A DNA stretch of 64,000 nucleotides from Callorhinchus milii (GCF_018977255.1 NW_024704743.1:70124001-70188000), one strand, 5' to 3'. Shown: positions 26,184-39,179, counted from the first letter of the stretch. Made by a program: numbers and translations. The notes: generated from the sequence alone by a model not told the origin.

Positions 26184-26688
26184 GAGTGCTGTCTCGTTAT
26201 AACATGGTTGTTGGTATCTATAAAATTCCTGTGGTGAGGAATGCTAGCCGGTTTTCCTGACATGCAGCCAATCGACTTCTTCACTGTGTGTCAGTCAGTT
26301 CCAACGATTAAAAAAAAGGCCAACTTCTCGGTTCTTAGGTCACCTCCAACGTCACTTCCTGTTTACATGCGCAAAGCAGAAATCGATGTCATGGGCGATC
26401 TGATGACCTGGACATCAGCCATTTTTTAAGCGTAGGAAGCTAAATTGGCACAATTCTCAGGTCGTTAGGTCCTGCTTTGCTGTGCTTGCACAAAGTAAGA
26501 ACTGACGCACAAGCACAAAGCAAACGGTGTTATTAGAGGTGACCCAATGACACCAAAGTCGACCATTTTAGTGTGACAGCTGGCTGCCATATGAGAAGTG
26601 AGCAGGTACTTTGCACATAAGTGCAGTGAATGGGGTTCAATATGCAAATGCATTATAACCAAATTCATGGTATAATGGGAGTGTACTT
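26184..26688. mobile_element. Tigger/pogo-like MITE, CpG-decayed
   Basis: Ends gagtgctgtctcgttataaca and tggtataatgggagtgtact, with repeated sub-terminal ttataac motifs typical of Tigger ends. Confidence 0.5.
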
Positions 26689-26796
26689 AGATAACAGCTT
26701 TACTAAAAACATCTTATACCTCAGAAAACATGTTGTGGAGCTAAAATAATAGTAATGATAACCATCCGTTTAGGAGTATGAAACATTGGAGGATTT

Positions 26797-27010
26797 TAGC
26801 AGTAATAAGTAAGAACCCGGTTGTTAGTCGATTGATGGACCACTTTAAAAATAAACAAAAATAATTTGGTCACTCAATCCACGACTGTTTGAGGGACCCT
26901 GCTGTGCGTAATTGATTGCCAGGTTTCGCCCACAAAATATACAGTCAATTCACTTTACAGTGTAATCTGTGAAGCTCATTGAGACGTCTCGAAGAAATGA
27001 TAAGGCGCTA
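26797..27010 (+). mobile_element. SINE long form, head missing
   Basis: tagcagtaataagtaagaacccgg block plus Deu core and tail. Confidence 0.85.
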
Positions 27011-28254
27011 AGATTTTTTTGAGTTTAAAAAATGGAATATCCGAGATGGAAAAACATCTGTAGGTTTAAACATATAATAAGGCATAGGAACAAACTAAAC
27101 CATTCAAACTCTCAAAGCTTTAGCTCAATCCATTTTAACCCACTTCAACTCAACTTTCAACCTTTGATTGCCTCATATACAATATGGTTTCTCCAATCAG
27201 GGAAACAATCATCAATATTCATCTCTAGACATCTGGATTAACAGTCCAGAAAATTTTAGACTTTGATTAAGTGCTATTTTAGATGTCAAATTTGTGCCAG
27301 CAACAGCTGCTTTGTTGTATACTGAGATATTTTGATACCAAGTTGAATACAGTCCTTGATTAATCTATCCTGAAAGATTAGCTATCTAAAGTTTTTTTCT
27401 CATTTTAAGTGTTGTTAGTCTTCAAAGTCATTAGTCACTACCTCATCTCAGAGAACATCAGCATAAATTTACATTGTTAATGAACGTTTGTGGTAAATGT
27501 ATTAATGATACTTGTAAGTATCAATTCAGCGTTAATAACTTTATGTAATGCAATGAGTTTATTTTTTTGATGAGGAAACGTCACTAAGTCAAAATGCTTG
27601 TACTCAAATTTATTGAGTGCATAAATGATTCATTTTGCACCTGGGTTCTGCAAATACAGTATATTGCAAAGCTCAACTTTCTTTCCAAACTTTACTTGAA
27701 AGATATTCATATGTTTTATCACATAGTATGTTTCAGGTGGCAGTAGAGCATTAGTCCATCTAGCCTAACCATGCAACTTCCTAAAGATTTCTTCAATACA
27801 TGCATCTCTAACAATCCTAACTGTTAAACTGGATTTGAGCCAGATGTGTTCAGTGGCATGCACCTGTGATTTGAGGGAACAGAGGTGACTGGTGTACCAA
27901 GGGGACCAGAGAGATCAGAGGGAGTAGGAGCTGGCACAGGAGGTGATGGGGAAGGACGTCGAGAATATCAGAGATTGAGTTGTGAAGGAGAGTCACTGAG
28001 GACGTAAGATCATTGTGGGAGGACACCCAGAGGGACAGGAATTCAGATGACTCGAGGGCAGCGGAAAGGGTGTGTGGGTCGATTTTTTCTCAGGGATGGT
28101 AAATAATGATAATAATCCTTGCATTTGATATAGCTCTTTTCACGTCTTCTAGACGTCTCAAAACGCTTCACAGAATATACTATTTTTAGGGAGAGATTCA
28201 AGGGATGGTAAAGACTGAAGTGCTCAAAGGAGGGGAAGGATCCGGTGGAGTAAG

Positions 28255-28358
28255 GGGATAGACCGAGTGAGGACCTAGAGATGAGAGCCATGATCTAATA
28301 GAATGGCGGAACAGATTTGAAGAGTTGAATGGCCTACTTCTGTTCCTATGTTCCTATG
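28255..28358 (+). mobile_element. CR1 tail
   Basis: agccatgatctaatagaatggcggaacag...tgttcctatgttcctatg. Confidence 0.75.
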
Positions 28359-28837
28359 AGATCCACACCACCACCACAACTCTGATATTAATCTCCAGAA
28401 ACTTGACTGGTGCCCTTTTGAAATCCTTTATAGTCCCTTGTTCCTGTTCTGATAGTTGTTCCACATGTTCATAATCTTTTTACGGAAAATTACCTTGTGA
28501 AAATTATTCACTTTTCTTCAATATACATGCAGGCACACCATTTTACAGTATATTCTGTGAAGCTCTTTGAAACATGTTGACAATGTGATAAGGTGCTGTA
28601 TGCAAGGATTATTATTGTTGTTTTGAAGCAATGCCCTTTTTTGTATTTTTCACATAACAGAGAAATTTATTATATACATTTTTCAAACTTTTCAAGATGT
28701 TTAACAAATTTAATAAGTTTAATCAAGTTGCCCATCAGTTTTTTTCAAGAGAGAAACATAGGATCATCAATCTTTCTTCAAGGCTCTGCCCCTAAACTTT
28801 GGAATTAGTCTAGTAGTCCTCTACTGAGGACTCTACA

Positions 28838-29149
28838 GAGTCCTGTAGCTCAGTGGTTAGAGCACTCGCTTTGCAAGCGAGAGACCTGAGTTCAATTCCA
28901 GGCAGGGAGAAACCTTGGGCAAGTTTCCTTACTCCACACAGAGCCTAATAATAATCCCTCCAAAAAAACAAAATAATAAATTGGTCATTTTCAATCCATG
29001 ACTGTTTGTGGGACATTGCTGTGCACAATTGGCTGCCGCGTTCGCCCATAAATATACAGTCAATTCACTTTACAGTATATTCTGTGAAGCGCTTTGGGAC
29101 GTCCTCCCGACGTGAAAAGCGCTATATCAAATGCAAGGATTATTATTAT
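28838..29149 (+). mobile_element. Full-length young Deu-type SINE
   Basis: A box tagctcagtgg, anticodon arm ctcgc-tttgcaa-gcgag, B box gagttcaattcc, Deu core, L2-type tail. Confidence 0.95.
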
Positions 29150-29329
29150 ATTACTGAATCCCCTTCTAATATGAAACATTTCTTTGAAATATTAAGAGAA
29201 AATCTCCAGATACAGTCTCAACATGGGAGCAAAATATTGCAATATGTACCTTAAATGAATATTGTATAAGTTGAAATCTAGGATTTTTAAATAATATCCT
29301 GATAAGTTTTCGTGGCTAGTCTACTAATA

Positions 29330-29650
29330 CCTGCAGATGCTTCTCTCTTCTATTCTGATAAATCATGAACATTTCCAATTAGCACAAATTCCATACTACC
29401 TTTTCTTCTTACAAATCTTATAAATTTGCATGGCTCTATATTAAACTGCATCTGCCTCCTGTCCACCCACATACCCAGCTTCTCCAGATCCTTCTGAATA
29501 CCTCTTTTGGAACAGGGTATTCAGAAGGATCAGAACAAAACTGCACACAATACTCTAGTTGTGGTCTCCCCAAGGCCAGATATAATTTTAAAATCAACTC
29601 TTGACTAATACATTACCCCCTTAGGTATATATAAATCAAGCATTTTATTG
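29330..29650 (-). mobile_element. Rearranged old CR1 remnant
   Basis: aaaactgcacacaatactctagttgtggtctc is the reverse complement of the RPQLEYCVQF motif. Confidence 0.55.
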
Positions 29651-31555
29651 ACTTTTGTCTGTACATAAATTGATATTTAGGTTCTATCAACATTTTATGA
29701 ACATTTCTAGGTTCTTTATGATAGATTAACAGAAATCAAAGAAAAAGCATGTAACTCATTCTCAGCACCAAACAATTCTGATGCACTAATCATTTAGGAA
29801 TTTACGTAATCCACTTTAGTCAAGCTGAGCAGAATTACTATTTATACTAATAGGAACAGAACATACTCCCTGCACTTTCCTTCCTATTCAAACAGAGCTA
29901 TTTCCATTTTCAATCAGTTTTCTTTCCATCGTTGAAGAGAGCTAATATGTTTTTGTTAATCTGTGCTTCTGTACTAAATTCATCTGAATATTGCAACTGT
30001 TTGACTTCAGACTGAATGCAAAACAGTCCTGCCTCGCTGAAATTTCTGTCAGGCTATAATGGCCTGATTTTGCACTCACAAAAACTGGCATGGAGGAATT
30101 TAAAAGAAGTGGTTCTCAAACTGTTTAATCAAAGGAAAACAATGTACTGATACATGATGCAACAGTATGTCCAAACAGGAAAAAGAGTCATCTTTCCACT
30201 TAATATCTCTCTATGTGGGATTAAGAGAAGGCCATTTGACTGATTGAGACTTTGCTGGTGCAAATTCCTTTTATTGGAGTTGGAGCCTAATTCATATTCC
30301 TTTTCCTAGCACCCCTTTATATCGTTGTTCAAAACACACATTCAGATATTCCTTCCAAAACTATACTCCCTTTGTTTTGTAAGGCCAGTATACCAATGCT
30401 CACCTCTAAAATGTCAGTGTTCGTGTTGCATGAATCTACTATGGTAAAACAAATCTATCCTAAGGAGTTCACTCAGCCCAGTTCTAGTCTGTTTCAAGCA
30501 GAAGGCCAAAGATCAAGACTGAAAACCAACAATCTGGTAGTTTGGGATGAGTATGTCATAGCAGTTCAAAACACTGAGAATATATCTTGCCAAATTGAAG
30601 ATTTACAATTTTTTTACCAACAATTATTTACAGAATCTAATACAATTAAACTATATGTTAACAGATTAAATTTATAACATGTTGCTTACTGCTCAATGCA
30701 TTAAATTACCAAAGCAAAAATGCAACTCCATTTACCTTTATTGAAATCAAATTTCTATGTGTTATCACATAGAATCCCCTTTGAACTACATCAAAGGAGG
30801 AATCAGTGTGAAAGCTAACAGGTATATGAAGCAGTTCATCTGAAATTTTTGAACTGGTTTTGAACCTCCAATATACATAGTGCAAGGGCATGTATAATTA
30901 AAACACTGAATGCTAAACTCCAAAAATAAAAGATAATGTCATACATGTCATGCTTGTTAAATGAAGACTATTAATAAAAATATTCATTTAAAGTGAGTAT
31001 AAATTCAAGTATTGTTTCATTCCTCTTACATATTCAGAAAAATGTTTATGAGAAACATTTAGATCATCATTACTGGTTCAAAGCCACAATTTTTGATCAT
31101 GATGTACATTTATAAGCACTTATCCAAGTATAGTGGTCATTATTTCTTTTGAGTAAATTTCACACAATTTCACGCAAGTAACTGCCATGTAATATTTGCA
31201 GTCTCAAGGAAAATGTGACAATTCTTTACACCCTCATGACCCTACTTTTTCGGATCAGATAATTACATGTTCTCTTAGGCACTACAAATACTGTATATAA
31301 CTTCCTATTGGGATCTTAACACATTCTATTCTACATTTTTTTTTAAATAACACATTTTGCTCCCTCTAGCAAATTTGCCACTGAAAGGCCTTCTACTGTA
31401 CTTACACAATTCCATGCACGAAACTCATAAGTAAAATAATGATAATGTTCTTAAATTATAGAAGCTCATTATTAATCCATTCATACATTTTTCCCTCTAT
31501 ATACTGTACTAGTGCAATATTGTGGTTGCTACTTCAGAATTCTCTTAAAACTCAC

Positions 31556-31673
31556 CGTCATCATCATCTTTTACTAGGTAATTCTGTAACGGATCAATCC
31601 CAGTTTCTTGAGGATCTGTTTCCAGAGGGTGTCTAGTTTCAAAAGCTGAAATTGTACTCGATGAGGACAGCAT
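31556..31673 (-). CDS. TBC1D5: TBC1D5 first coding exon, coding part: MLSSSSTISAFETRHPLETDPQETGIDPLQNYLVKDDDD plus 1 nt (phase 1)
   Basis: Minus strand reads ctttctcttgcag|GTAATC...GATGACG|gtgagt, an exon at 31707-31556 (152 nt). The ATG at 31673 has A at -3 and an in-frame TAA upstream. The peptide matches the human TBC1D5 N-terminus as I recall it (MYHSLSETRHPLQPEEQEVGIDPLSSY). Confidence 0.92.
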
Positions 31674-31707
31674 CTTGCCAGCTACTAGTAGGACCCAAAT
31701 TGATTAC
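31674..31707 (-). other. TBC1D5: 34-nt 5'UTR part of the TBC1D5 ATG exon; implies non-coding exon(s) further upstream
   Basis: A strong polypyrimidine/CAG acceptor at 31708-31720 precedes 34 nt before the ATG. Confidence 0.85.
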
Positions 31708-31859
31708 CTGCAAGAGAAAGGAGTAACTGAATAAGTAACAATGCTAAATGATACCTGGCAATATTACAATACTTCAACCGTGCAACAGGTATTTATAGTA
31801 TTCACATTGCAATGGATTGCCTACTTTGTTGTAGACGTTACCCATCTATACAGACAGAT

Positions 31860-32480
31860 AAAATCCTTGCAAATTTCATACAACACCTTTCACATTTGGA
31901 GGACCGTATTTTTTTTGTAGACAGCATAGAAGCCAATTTACACACAGCAATGTTCCACAAACAGCCATGGATCTTTAACATTCAGCTTAATAATAATAAT
32001 AATCCTTGCATTTGATATAGCGCTTTTCACGTCGGGAGGACGTCCCAAAGCGCTTCACAGAACACACTGTAAAGTGAATTGACTGTATATTTGTGGGCGA
32101 ACACGGCAGCCAATTGCGCACAGCAATGTCCCACAAACAGTCGTGGATTGAAAATGACCAATTTATTATTGTTTTTGGTTTTGGAGGGATTATTATTAGG
32201 CGTGTGGAGTAAGGAAACTTGCCCAAGGTTTCGCCCTGCCTGGAATCGAACTCAGGTCTCTAGCTTGCAAAGCGAGTGCTCAACCACTGAGCTACAGGAC
32301 TCCACCGGGATCTCAGTCTAACATCTCATCCAAAGGACAGCATCTCCGACAATGCAGTGCTCCCTCCAGCAGCATGCTGTAGTGTTACCCTGAACTATGA
32401 GTTCAAAAGCCAAGGGTAGAGCTTGAAGCAGGAGCCCTTTGATTCAGTGGTGCGAGTGCTACCAACTAAGACAGGCTGAC
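31860..32480 (-). mobile_element. Ancient SacSINE1-like Deu SINE split by a young SINE
   Basis: gccaatttacacacagcaatgttccacaaacag lies to the left of the insert and aacatctcatccaaaggacagcatctccgacaatgcag to the right. Confidence 0.65.
31988..32303 (-). mobile_element. Full-length young Deu-type SINE
   Basis: Roughly 95% identical by eye to the reverse complement of 28838-29149. Confidence 0.95.
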
Positions 32481-32946
32481 ACATGTAGCATTTCTGCTTA
32501 TTACAATAGGACCACATTATAAGGCACCTCCTTATAATGTTGCTTTGATAATGCCAGTGGCATGTGGATCCACAGTTGACTTGAATGTATGGATCAGTCA
32601 TGATCAGTGACGTCACAGTGCAAACTGTGTAAGGGTTTGAGATTTTAAGTTTTTATGATAGATTTTATGATACAATACGCCCTTTACAACAGGTACTTCT
32701 GAAAGCTGTAATTCCTGTTGTGGCATGCCTCCATAGGCACTGCAGACAGGTTCACTGAAGCAACTGTAGTGCCTTACTTCTTTTTCCATTCAGTCAGGTG
32801 TCCGACACATCCACAAACCCATCACCATGCTTAAGAGAATCCAAACCCAACTTCCATGAATACCACCCACACATTGAAATTCCTGTGTATGGAATGAAAT
32901 GTGCACTCCCTGTAGGGGCATACCCTGTCTACCACAGGTTGTGTCC

Positions 32947-33085
32947 TTGGAGAGGATAAGTTTACATGGCTATGGGGAGAGAGTAGGGGAATGGGATTAA
33001 TTTGGATAGCTCTTTTCACAGAGCTGGCACAGACACAATGGGCTGAATGGCCTCCTTCTGTGCTGTATAATTCTATCATTCTATA
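32947..33085 (+). mobile_element. CR1-type tail
   Basis: gggctgaatggcctccttctgtgctgtataattctatcattcta. Confidence 0.7.
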
Positions 33086-33109
33086 ATACCTAATTCCCTA
33101 AAAGTATAA

Positions 33110-33245
33110 GGTTGAGGTTAGTAGGATTAACAGCAGCTGATAGGGTAGAATCCCGGCTTCCAGTGACTGGTCTAGCTTTCCAAGTCCTCCAACTCACTGC
33201 AATGAGACAGGCTGGCTGGTCTGTCAGCAGCAGTGCCCTAGAGCG
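33110..33245 (+). repeat. Unclassified dispersed repeat, copy 3
   Basis: Shares the exact 19-mer with copy 1, plus cagtgccctagag versus cagtgccctggag. Confidence 0.6.
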
Positions 33246-34596
33246 GCATTATGGAACCATAGAGCCATATGATGCTTATGAAGGCTCACAGCCACCTCAG
33301 CTTCATCAGAAATCATCTCAGATAATTCCCACTGACAATTTGCTTACAGAGACGTGTGGCTGACTATTTAAATGTGTACATGTAAGTGGTAAAAATATTG
33401 AATTCAAATAGTCATCTAACATAATAGTCTATAGTATATACACACATATACAATTTCTTTGTTGTAGTGATTCCACTACGACCACGTTTTGCTGCATATG
33501 TCTTTGATTCACATCATACGAAATTGGAAACTCACACACGTTGCTGGTTTAACATTTTTTGACTGGTGAGGCTGACAGTGTTGTTCATATACCATACATC
33601 TGGCTCAGTTCAAATCTGGGTTCGGCAACACTGCCCTATAGCACTGTGGACCTGCCTGGCACAGAAATTAGACTGCCAAGACCACCCCAGAGGAACATTA
33701 TTCCAACATTTAATTGACAAGCATGTCACCTTGAAGCAAACTCAATACAACTCAGTGCCAACATAGTGAGTGATTAGTGAGAATCTGGATCACCCTTGTG
33801 TTCAAAGTGTCAAGCCAACTAACTGACTTTACTTTGGTGCTAGTCAGTGATGATGGAAGCGGACTTTATAGGACTGCAATGAAACTCCTATTAATGCTGA
33901 TTTGCAACCGTGTGGCACTTACCAAAGGTCTAGAATCACGTTACTCCTACTAAAACTAGTTACAGAGCTACTGCGAAATACTCAGCACCAACCAATTCCA
34001 AGAGTGCTCTTCTATTCATCCTCACCAGAGATGTCGACAGAATCCGGGTAACCTCTGATACGGAAGCTTTGAATCCTGGAAGATTAACTGCTTCAGGATT
34101 CCTGGGATGTCTTACCGACGTGAAAGGAGCTATACACATGTAATTTGTTGTTTTTGTTGCGAGACCAGCATCATTGTACACTTGATCTTTGCTTTTTGCT
34201 TGAGTAGGAGCTGGTAAAGAAGATTGTTGACTTGGCCCTCATAGGGCGTGGAACATCTGTGGCATATATTCATCCTTTGGAAACTGATCACTTTTAATAA
34301 AATCCATTTCTCTGTAATTTTCTGAGTCCATTCAGTTGATCCCAATGGGCTCCAGAAGAGGAGCCTAAATATATTTGGCAAGTTCAGCTACCATGTCTCA
34401 ATGAGAGGTGTCAATACCACCAATCATGTCCATCTGCTACTGCAACGGCTTGCTATCAGTCCACAGAACCATAGGAACCACTTTACATTCTTGACAACAC
34501 TTGTTGAAATCAACTTTTTGTCTGTCTTTCACCCGGTGCAAAAATAACTAAAGGGCTTTGTTTACATGTAGAACATGGGTAGTGGAGAGCTGCAAT

Positions 34597-34790
34597 TAAT
34601 AATAATCCTTGCATTTGATATAGCACCTTATCACGTCTTCGAGACATCTCAAAGCTCTTCACAGAATATACCGTAAAGTGAATTGACTGTAATTTTTGTG
34701 GGCGAAATGCGGCAGCCAATTCAGCACAGCAGTGTCCCAGTTCTTTGATTTGATCCACAGTTGTGGATTGAGTGACCAAATTATTATTTA
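34597..34790 (-). mobile_element. SINE 3' half, old-type tail
   Basis: cttatcacgtcttcgagacatctc tail plus Deu core. Confidence 0.85.
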
Positions 34791-35984
34791 TTTATATTTG
34801 GCTGAATATTCCAGACTTTATAATGTTAACATCGTCTTAAAGGAGAGCTGTTCCCTTTTGTAAAATATTCAACGTTTTGTTACCTGAATCCTATGGTGTG
34901 TTTGATGCAGGGAATGAACAAGGAACAAAAACGGAATACAGGGGAAACATTAAAGTGGCTTTCAAAGACTGGTGCCTTGATTATACAGGTAGTATGGGTG
35001 CACATTAACCATACAACTCGCTTCGGTAATCTAGGAAAGGACTGGGTTCAGTGCTGATTAATTAATGTCCCACACTAAAAAATAACAGATTTCCAAGTCA
35101 TAAGGTTACCATTCCAACATTACATTGTCATTTCCTGTCATGATCTACATATAGTATCTATAAATTGAATTATTGTTTGCGTTAAAAGTAAGGCCTTGTC
35201 CATGTTTCAATATGTAGAAATGTTTTAAAGTGAGAAATTTTATGCAAACCTTAGGCTTTAACCCAAGATGAATTTGATGACTTTAGTTTTCAAATAAACT
35301 TATTAAATTCATATAAATCATCCAAAAGTATTAATCTTTAATAAATACAGACCACATCATTTATTTACCCGAATCACCATAAAATAACTGCTTCTGAGAC
35401 CTCAGGAAGTTTTCTGATCACATTCTAAAGGCACAATTCATTTACTACACATTATAAAATATGTAAAAGTCATCAGTCTTAATATATGCCATTCAATATT
35501 TGATACCGTATAAGCTTCATTATGTACCACAAAAGTATAAAAATAAAACAGTAATTACCAACATAAAGTTAGATGTATAAATCACTTACATGTTGAGCAC
35601 TGAACAATACACCACAATTTAATTTGAATTGTGTAACTCTTTCAAAGAAATAGTATTTAGCGCACACTATAAAAAATATTCAGTTGTATCACCTTTGCAA
35701 TTTACAAAATCCATTCTTTGTCTATAAATACACAATCACTATGTTCGACAATAAATCGTATGAAGCGCCAGTATGCTCTCAATGTAAAAGGCACTGTAAC
35801 AAATGCAAGGTTTATTATTATATTCCACATGTATAGTCTCACAAACATTTAGCTCTTAGAAAACGTGTTTAAGGAGTACATACTGTATTGTGTATTTGGA
35901 GTGCCCATTTGCAGAAATAGAGCATAAAAATTTGGGTGTGATTTACTGATCAGTCCAGAAAGCTTCCTCTCATTGTGAAGCTGA

Positions 35985-36400
35985 TACCAATTTTGGACAT
36001 TTAGCTACAAAAGTAACTACACTGAACAACAAGGATGAATCCCAGGACTCAGAACTCTTCTTGTTTATGAGAAGAAGCTTGCAGACCTTCTTTTAAATAT
36101 TTATTCTCTATTTAATAGAGAAAGGACAGAAGGCAAATTTGATCCAGTACTACACATCTGTCAGGTACGGACAGTATAAACATAGGTTGGTGACTTAGGC
36201 CAGGTGTATAGTACGGGTGGATTTGAGTTTAATATAAGTGTGCCTCAAACAAGACCAGAATTTTATATTAAAAAAAACAGAGTGATAGATATATGGAACA
36301 GGCTCCCAATAAAAGCAGTAATGATGTACAAGTTAACGTCTTCTCAAAGAAAATGGATACGTTCCTGGTTGGAAGCAGTATTAAATGTAGGCTTAGATGA
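35985..36400 (+). mobile_element. Very old CR1 fragment
   Basis: Translates to NRVIDIWNRLP. Confidence 0.55.
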
Positions 36401-37627
36401 ACAAATAATCTACTGGCATAATGGCTTCTGTGTTATAGGGGCCAGGAAGGGGGAGAAGAAAAGTATATGCTGGGAAGTATTGCTGAATTAAATCGTACAG
36501 ATGTTGGTAAAGATGAATTCTGAAGATTGTACTTGACTATTTAACTACAGGGAGTGGCTGATAATATTTTTCCTAGGATATGGATAGGACAGAGTTCACA
36601 ATAGACGACTGTTTTCATCATCTTTGAAAGCACCAAGTCAGAAGGGTTGAACAATCTGTTCTTGTTCCAACATTTTCTTTTATATACTAAAATGGCCTTA
36701 AATCACTGCTATATGAGTAAATGGTCATTAATGGTGCCTATGAAATATTACAACTATGCAATTTCTACAAATATGTACATCATACAGCATAAAAACTGTC
36801 AGGTCCAGAATTAAATGTAACATGTTCACTAGCAAAAATGAACATAAAAATGTCTTCTTAATCCACCGTGGTGAATCTATTGCATTCAACAATGTATTTA
36901 CAATATTGTAGCTGACAATGCTACAAGACAGCAAGTTACATCATTAACCACTCAAGATATTCTGTTATAAACTCCATGAAAGACAATGGTATACTTCTGA
37001 CTCAACTAGAATTTGTCAAAAAAAAGGTTTCCCTCATACATCAACCACCTGAAAACTAAAGTTAAAAATAGAAAACTATCTGTATGCATTCAAGTTCAAT
37101 TTAACTGAAGAAAAGACTTAAACAAATCCCATATTCTATTTCTGGTGTTTCAGTGAAATGTTCTATAAATCAGTCATGTACTTGCAGTTAATTATCTTAT
37201 GGATAAAGGAAGAAACGCTCTGAAATACTAGTCGCTTGAAGGGCACTATATGAATGCAAGTTGTTGCTGATAGGGACTGAGGCATTATTTGTGAATCCCA
37301 ATGAGTTCTGACTTTTTTTTCGAGCCCAGTATATGCAACAATTAACAAAAAAGCAGCAGTGCTGTATGTGTATAGAAAATGTAGAGAAATGAATTATTTA
37401 TCATTTCAATGGAAAAGAAGTGACCCAAATAGGCAGATGGGACCTGGTTTAACATCTCATCCAAAAGGATAAGCACCTCTAGCAAGGCTCGTTCTCCCAG
37501 TAATGTACTGAACAGTCAGCATAGACAAAGAGCTCCATATATCACTATGTAAAAGGATGACCCAATCCAGTCTTAATGATTGGACAGCTGAAGAAAGATA
37601 TGTTGGCCATATAGTATATAAATCCTA

Positions 37628-38065
37628 ATAATAATCCTGGCATTTGATTTAGCACCTTTCACATGGCAGGAGGGACTTCTTAAAGCATTTCATAGGACTT
37701 ACTGTGAAGTATAGTGACTGGGTATTTGTAGGCAAATGAATGTGGCAGCCAATTTGTGCACAGTAATGTCCCACAAACAATCATGAAATGAATGACCAAT
37801 TTTATCTGGTGGGTTGTTGCACAGGACACCGGGAGAAACTTCCTTCTCTTTTTGAATAGTGCCATGGGAACTTCAACATCCACCTGTATAGGCAGATGGG
37901 ACCTTGGTTTAACGTCTCATCCAAAGGCCAGCCCTTCAAAAATTCAGCAATCCAACAGGACTGTCTGAACTCACAGTCTATGCTGACACTTCCAAAGTCC
38001 CGGCGTGAGGCTTGAACATACAAACTTCTGACTAGCAAGGCAGGAGTGCTACCAAATGAGCCAAA
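37628..38065 (-). mobile_element. Ancient SacSINE1-like Deu SINE
   Basis: ttttgaatagtgccatgggaacttcaacatccacctg...ggtttaacgtctcatccaaagg (extended Deu domain) plus a tRNA head. Confidence 0.75.
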
Positions 38066-38828
38066 CTGAACAAATATATTTTTCCAGTGCTAATTGGGCC
38101 TTCAACATTTTTTTTCACAAGTTGCAAGTACTATTATTCATATTTGTTTTGTATTTCCAGATCCTGACAGATAACACTCAGCTGAACAATTGAACATATT
38201 TCTAAATTAAGCATCTGTATTTAATCAGAACACAAATACGGAGCAGAGCAGACTTAGTCATAATACAACAACTTCACTGACTGAATATAAAGACGTGTTG
38301 GTGTGTTTTAATTCCTTTTAACTAGAAGGGGTGGAAGAAAGAATGATTAAGGGAAGAAAGGATTTCCCTGGTCAGACAAAATTGAGTTCAGTACAACCTT
38401 TGACAAATAAAACAAATGTTCTGAATAATTTACAAAAAGCAAACATTTGCAGTTAGAGCTTGCTAATTACAGTAAAGGTTGCACAGGGAAATGGTAATTT
38501 ATGCTCTTGGGCATAAGTTGTCACATCTCCCTAAAGAAACCTTACCAATTGTACAGCAGATACAGTACATGGAAAACATTCATTGAAAAGAGAATATTCA
38601 TTCCTATGTGAAATCCTATATCACTTTTGTATATGCACTTTTTCAGCATCAGCATAATCTTATTACCTCAACACTGCTGTAGTTTGTGATGTTGTTCAAA
38701 TCCTTCTTAGCTACAAAGTATCAGTTTAGACTCCTTGAATAGGTATCATGGTTTCTCCCTAAAGTTTGGCCAACAAAGGTTCTGCCTATAATAATAATAA
38801 TTTATTTATGTGCAAGCTAAACAAGTAG

Positions 38829-39172
38829 TAATAATAATCCTTGCATTTGATATAGCGCCTTATCATGTCTGAGACGTCTCAAAGTGCTTCATAGAATATA
38901 CTGTAAAGTGAATTGACTGTATATATTGTGGGCGAAACGCAACAGCCAATTACGCACAGTAGTGTCCCACAAACAGTCGAGGATTGAGTGACCAATTTTT
39001 TTCGAAGGGATTATTACCCTCAGAAAAACGATCTGCCAATTGACTAACTGGGTTCCTACTTACTGTTAGATAAACACTTGTGGAACAAGGATACTTGTTC
39101 AACGTATCACCCTGGCCGGGGATTGAACCCAGGTACTCTTGCTAGCGAGGCAAGTGCTCCAACCACTAAGCT
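38829..39172 (-). mobile_element. Deu-type SINE, long form
   Basis: Head, internal block, Deu core and tail are present. Confidence 0.9.
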
Positions 39173-39179
39173 CATAACT

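Noticed and set aside
28838..28910. tRNA-Ala(TGC)-like sequence, repeated in many copies
   Set aside because: The acceptor stem does not pair and every copy runs into a SINE body, so these are SINE heads, not tRNA genes.
32607..32616. Perfect CRE palindrome GTGACGTCAC about 0.9 kb from the ATG exon
   Set aside because: An isolated motif beside decayed repeats, and the exon is internal, so this is not a promoter position.
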